Shown: piece after piece, positions 59,867-64,000 of the stretch
Position numbering within the stretch: the first letter of the stretch is position 1
Layout: each line of letters opens with the position of its first letter
NCBI GenBank assembly: GCA_965240325.2
Contig: OZ251225.1
Location: forward strand, 62,001 to 126,000
Origin: Rebecca billardiae RCC1528
Taxonomy: Eukaryota > Protista > Haptophyta
Direction: 5' to 3'
Length of the DNA stretch: 64,000 nt
Program-made: the position numbers and the translations under genes
Notes under the pieces: generated by a model
What the model was told of the DNA's origin: nothing
The model's database searches: none
Seen by the model: only the letters and a program-made list of their open reading frames with translations

Positions 59867-62800
59867 ATGAGCTTCCACTCGCGCGGGGACGGTGACGGCC
59901 ACGCCAGCCCGAGCCCCGGCAGCATCGGCCTCCTCGACGATCTGACCATCGGGCCGGTGTCGCGCTCGGCCGAGGGCTCGCCCCAGCCGGCGAGCGCGTT
60001 CGCGTCGGCCTCGCCGAGCGGCAGCCCAAACCTGCGGCTCCAAGCGCGCCCCAGCCGCCTCCCGTCGCTGGCGGGCTCGGCGCACTCGCCCGGCGGGGGG
60101 CGGACGCAGCTCTCGCCGATGCCCGGCGCCTCCCACTCGCCCACCAGCCCCGAGCCGCCGCACCTCTTGCGCTCCCCCTCGTCGCCGCTCGCGTCGAGCA
60201 CGTGGCGCGCGGCGGCGCTGCACGGCCGTGCCGGCTCGGCACACGGCGTGGGCAGGAAGTCCAGCTCGTTCCGGCACCGGCGGCCGCACGAGGGGACCGG
60301 CACGCCGCTCGGCTCCGCGCTCGAGCGCTCCAGCCCCGTCAGCGGCGCGAGCAGCCCGCAGCCGCAGCTCGGCGGCGCGTGCGCGCGCTCGGAGCCCGCC
60401 TCGCCCAGCTTCGGCGCGCCCGTGTGCAGCTCCGCGCTCGGCGGCGGCGGCGGCGAGCGCGTCGAGGGCGTGCAGGGCGCGATGGCTCGCTCGCGCGCGG
60501 TGACGCTGGGCACCGCCTCCGCGCGCCCCGTGACCAGCGACGGCTCCGCGCCGCGCGCGCGCGGCGCCGTGCCCGCGGGCGCGGGCGCGGGCGCGCTTGC
60601 GGATGGCGGCGGCGGCCGCTGCTGCTCCGGCGGCGGTGCGGCCAGCGCGATGCCGCAGGCGTCGCAGGCGGCTTCGCGCGCGGAGGGCGCGGTCGCCGAG
60701 ACCAAGCCCCTCGCGCGCGATCGCGCCGCGTCCCTCGTCTTCCCCGGCCGGCACGGCAGCGCGCTCGCGGCCGAGGGCGGCGCGCAGCTCAGCTCAGCGG
60801 CCACCCTCGACACCGCCCTCGGCACCGCCCTCGGCACCGCCCTCGGCCTCGGCGGGGGCCTGGGCGGGCTGGCGCAGCAGCACGCGCCGGGCGCGCCCAT
60901 CTACGCCGGCGGCGGCGGGCTGATCCTCACGCCGCGCCCGCCCACCGCCGACGGCGCTCCGCTCCACACGCCTCGCCCGCCCTCCACGCCCACCGAGCGT
61001 GCGCCCGCGGAGGGAGCGGCGCGCGGCGCGGACTGGGCGGCCGGCGGTGCGGGCGGCGGTGTGGGCGGCGGCGGTGGGTGCGCGGGGTGCTGCCTGGGCG
61101 TGGTCCCGGCGCCGCCGAGCGCGGCCGTGGCGGCCGCGTGGCCCGCGTCGGCGAGCGCGCCGCGCGTGGCCGTGCGCTGCTGCGCGGCGCAGCCCGGCGG
61201 CGGCGCGGCCGCGGGCGCGGCCGCCGCCGCCGACGCCTCCGCCGCCGCGCTTGGCGGCAGCGGCGCGCACGGCAGCGGCGGCAGCGCGCACGGCACGCCG
61301 CTCGGCACGGCGCACGGCACGCCGCTCGCGCTGCGCGACCTGCGCGCGCGCGCGGTGCACGCGCCCGCGGCGGGCGCGCTCGCGAGCGGCGCGCCCGCCG
61401 CGGCGAACCGTCCGAGCCGCAAGCACGGCGGCGGCGCGGCGCGCAGGGCGGGCGCCGAGCCCGCAGCAGCCGCCGACTCGGACGCGGCCAGCGAGGAGCG
61501 GACTGCGCGCGACGACGGCGCGGAGTGCGCCACGAGCGGCGCGTCGTCGGCCGCCGCCTCGCACGCGGGCGGCTCGCTGGCGGACGGCGGGAGCAGCTGC
61601 AGCGTGCACGACTGCAGCGCCTCGTCCGCAGCGTCACTCGCGGCGTGCTCGCCGCCGCAGAGCCCGCGCGCGGGCGCGGCGCACGCGGCGTGCGCGCGCG
61701 CGCCCGCGCCCGGCGCCGCGTGGCCNNNNNNNNNNNNNNNNNNNNNNNNNNNNNNNNNNNNNNNNNNNNNNNNNNNNNNNNNNNNNNNNNNNNNNNNNNN
61801 NNNNNNNNNNNNNNNNNNNNNNNNNGGCGCCGCGTGGCCGCCCGGCGGCGGCGGCGCGGGCGGCGACGCGGGCGGCGGCGGCTCGCGCGCGCGCGGCGTG
61901 CGCGCCGACGGGTGCGCGCCCGCCGAGCCCGCCGTGCCCGCGCGCCGCGCGCCGTCGGGCCTCGAGGGCGTGCCGAGCGCTCACCAGCTGCTGCTCAGCT
62001 CGCAGCCGCAGCCGCAGCAGCCGCAGCGCGCGGACGCGAGCGCGCGCCGCGCGTCGCCGCCGCTGGACGAGCTGGCCCCGCTCGGCGCGGGCGCAACCGC
62101 CATCGTGCGGCTCGTGCGGCACGCGCGCACGCGCCGGCTGTACGCGCTCAAGTCGATGCCGCACGCGCTGCTGCTCGGCGAGGCCGCGGGCGCGGACGGC
62201 GGCGCCGAGGCGGAGGCGGAGGAGGAGGGCGCGCGCCCCGCCGAGCCGTGCGCCGAGCGCCCCTCCTCGGCCGCCACCAAGGCCGAGCGCAAGCTCGTGC
62301 GCGCGTGGCGCGAGCGCGACGCGTTGCTCGCGCTCGCGGGCCACCCGTGCATCGTGCAGCTGCACGCGCACTGGTGCGACCCGCACGCGCTGCAGCTGCT
62401 GCTCGAGCCGCTGCTGGGCGGAGACCTGCACGGGCTGCTCAACGAGTGCGGCGCGCTCACCGACGAGGCCGCCGCCTTCTACTGCGCGGCGGTGGCGCTC
62501 GGCCTGGGCGCGGTGCACGAGCTGGGCTGCGCGTACCGGGACGTGAAGGCGGAGAACGTCGGCATCGACGCGGCGGGGTGGCCGCGGCTGCTCGACCTGG
62601 GGGGCGTGGTCAAGGTGGCGCCGCCCGCGCGCGCGGGCGGCGGCAGCGCCGGGCTGCTGCCCGTGCCCGCCGCGCCGCCCGGCGGCGGCGGCGGCGGCGG
62701 CGCGGGCGCGGGCGCGGGCGCGGGCGCGCCGTGCGCCGTCTCGGCCGCGGGCGGCGCGGGCGGCGGCTGCGCGTCGCCCGAGCCCGCGCCCGCGCCCGGC

Positions 62801-63385
62801 TCGCCGTGCGGAGGGCTGTGCGCCGAGCCCTCCGCCCCCTCCGCGCGCACCGCCACCCGGTTCGGCACAGTCGAGTACATGAGCCCCGAGATGGTGCAGG
62901 GGGCGCGCGCGGACGGCTCCGCGCCCGGCCGGCCGTCGGACTGGTGGTCGCTCGGCGCGCTCTGCTTCGAGATGCTCGTGGGGCGCACGCCGTGCGCCAG
63001 CGCCGCGGACGACGTCGACGCCGTCGCGATCGCGCGGCGCATCCGCGAGGGCGCCGTGCTCTGGCCGCGCCCCGACGAGCCGCAGCTCTCGGCGGGCGCG
63101 CGCGACCTGATCGAGCGGCTGCTCACCGTCGACGACCGCGCGCGGCTGGGCACGCACGGGGACGAGGCGGCGGTGCGCGCGCACCCGTTCCTCGCGTCGG
63201 TCGACGTGGACGCGATCATCAACCGCGTCGGGCTGCACCCGCCCTGGCGCCCGGAGCTCAGCGGCGCCGCGGACGTCAGCCGCTTCGCCGACCTGCCGCT
63301 CGACATGTTCGAGCACAGGAGGCGCGCGCTGCGCAAGCTCTCGGGCGCGGCGCGCGCGTGGGAGCCGCTGCTCGCCGACTTCTGA
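59867..63385 (+). CDS. AGC-group Ser/Thr kinase with long disordered N-terminus (spans assembly gap)
   Basis: LGAGATAIV, YALK, YRDVKAEN, DLG, FGTVEYMSPE, DWWSLG, HPF, PPWRP. Confidence 0.8.
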   Translation: MSFHSRGDGDGHASPSPGSIGLLDDLTIGPVSRSAEGSPQPASAFASASPSGSPNLRLQARPSRLPSLAGSAHSPGGGRTQLSPMPGASHSPTSPEPPHLLRSPSSPLASSTWRAAALHGRAGSAHGVGRKSSSFRHRRPHEGTGTPLGSALERSSPVSGASSPQPQLGGACARSEPASPSFGAPVCSSALGGGGGERVEGVQGAMARSRAVTLGTASARPVTSDGSAPRARGAVPAGAGAGALADGGGGRCCSGGGAASAMPQASQAASRAEGAVAETKPLARDRAASLVFPGRHGSALAAEGGAQLSSAATLDTALGTALGTALGLGGGLGGLAQQHAPGAPIYAGGGGLILTPRPPTADGAPLHTPRPPSTPTERAPAEGAARGADWAAGGAGGGVGGGGGCAGCCLGVVPAPPSAAVAAAWPASASAPRVAVRCCAAQPGGGAAAGAAAAADASAAALGGSGAHGSGGSAHGTPLGTAHGTPLALRDLRARAVHAPAAGALASGAPAAANRPSRKHGGGAARRAGAEPAAAADSDAASEERTARDDGAECATSGASSAAASHAGGSLADGGSSCSVHDCSASSAASLAACSPPQSPRAGAAHAACARAPAPGAAWXXXXXXXXXXXXXXXXXXXXXXXXXXXXXXXXXXGAAWPPGGGGAGGDAGGGGSRARGVRADGCAPAEPAVPARRAPSGLEGVPSAHQLLLSSQPQPQQPQRADASARRASPPLDELAPLGAGATAIVRLVRHARTRRLYALKSMPHALLLGEAAGADGGAEAEAEEEGARPAEPCAERPSSAATKAERKLVRAWRERDALLALAGHPCIVQLHAHWCDPHALQLLLEPLLGGDLHGLLNECGALTDEAAAFYCAAVALGLGAVHELGCAYRDVKAENVGIDAAGWPRLLDLGGVVKVAPPARAGGGSAGLLPVPAAPPGGGGGGGAGAGAGAGAPCAVSAAGGAGGGCASPEPAPAPGSPCGGLCAEPSAPSARTATRFGTVEYMSPEMVQGARADGSAPGRPSDWWSLGALCFEMLVGRTPCASAADDVDAVAIARRIREGAVLWPRPDEPQLSAGARDLIERLLTVDDRARLGTHGDEAAVRAHPFLASVDVDAIINRVGLHPPWRPELSGAADVSRFADLPLDMFEHRRRALRKLSGAARAWEPLLADF
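61726..61825. other. Assembly gap (100 N)
   Basis: N run with GGCGCCGCGTGGCC on both sides. Confidence 0.99.
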
Positions 63386-63825
63386 GCGCTCTGCGCAGGG
63401 CTACGTACTGGGCGCCGCAGTGCGGCCGAGTCGTACTGCCCTGCCCGGGCTGCGGGCGCTGGTTGGCACTGCCGCGGCCCACGGCCCTGCCACGGCCACG
63501 GCGGACGGGCTGCGGTCGGTAGTGGCTAGTACCCAGCGGGTGTCTACCCGGCAGCGCGTAATAGTCACGCGCACGCGGCTGACTCAGTGACTCCGCTTAG
63601 GACTGACAGCAGCCCGAGGTCGCTGTCCGACAGCCCCAACGACCCGGTGACAATGTACGGGCGGTACTGTAATGGCGTCAATCACGCCTTAACCAAGTGT
63701 GCACGTTAAAACATAGTAAACTGTACACAAGCAGTGCACAAATAGCTTTTCGCGCACGCATCAGTGCTGATAGGCAACGGAGCAGCAAGCAAGCACTCCC
63801 GCAAACCCAGCGCGTGATCGGAACG

Positions 63826-64000
63826 ATGTCCGCCGCCGACGCCGAAGCCGGCGCCGGGCGCACAAAGCCGTCGTGCAGGGCGTGCCGCCTGTCCAAGGTG
63901 AAGTGCATCTACTCGAACGGTGACGAGGTGGGCGCGTGCGACCGCTGCGCGCGGCTCGGCCTCGCCTGCATGCAGGTGCCGCCGGGCAAGCGCGGGCGCC
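63826..64000 (+). CDS. Zn(II)2Cys6 binuclear cluster transcription factor, 5' part
   Basis: MSAADAEAGAGRTKPSCRACRLSKVKCIYSNGDEVGACDRCARLGLACMQVPPGKRGR, i.e. CxxCx6Cx10CxxCx6C. Runs off the window end and is not in the ORF track. Confidence 0.85.
   Translation, partial: MSAADAEAGAGRTKPSCRACRLSKVKCIYSNGDEVGACDRCARLGLACMQVPPGKRGR

Noticed and set aside
14761-63522. Numerous very long Arg/Ala-rich overlapping and antisense ORFs (e.g. 16118-19891, 42003-47222, 51219-55457)
   Set aside because: Shadow ORFs caused by extreme GC content and codon bias of the real genes.

Overview
Very GC-rich eukaryotic DNA with short GC-rich GT-AG introns (donors often GTGCGC). It looks like a haptophyte or similar alga, which is an inference from composition and gene content. 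Positions 1-14.3 kb are a transposon island built on (TA)n/(TG)n microsatellites. It holds an 8.6-kb split-direct-repeat (Ngaro/PAT/DIRS-superfamily-like) retroelement with Gag-like and RT-RNase H ORFs but no visible tyrosine recombinase, a 1.66-kb non-coding mini-element of identical architecture but unrelated sequence, and a TIR element. A solo remnant of the first family lies at 47.7 kb. All three split-repeat elements share a covarying hairpin site at the repeat junction: 5-bp stem, 5x5 loop, 8-bp stem, 3-nt loop. The site is complete only at the internal/circle junction. The large element also carries an in-frame G_GGU_UUU slippery site with a stem-loop joining Gag to Pol, and a 2A-like GEASNPGP motif after RNase H. 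The rest is compact host genes: low-complexity protein, double-HAD phosphatase, LRR protein, cNMP-binding protein, ABCC transporter, SDH3, RMDN-like TPR protein, two sulfotransferase-like proteins, GST, YKT6, EFCAB5-like protein, ANK-MYND protein, BK-type K+ channel, MAPK, AGC kinase, and the start of a Zn2Cys6 protein.
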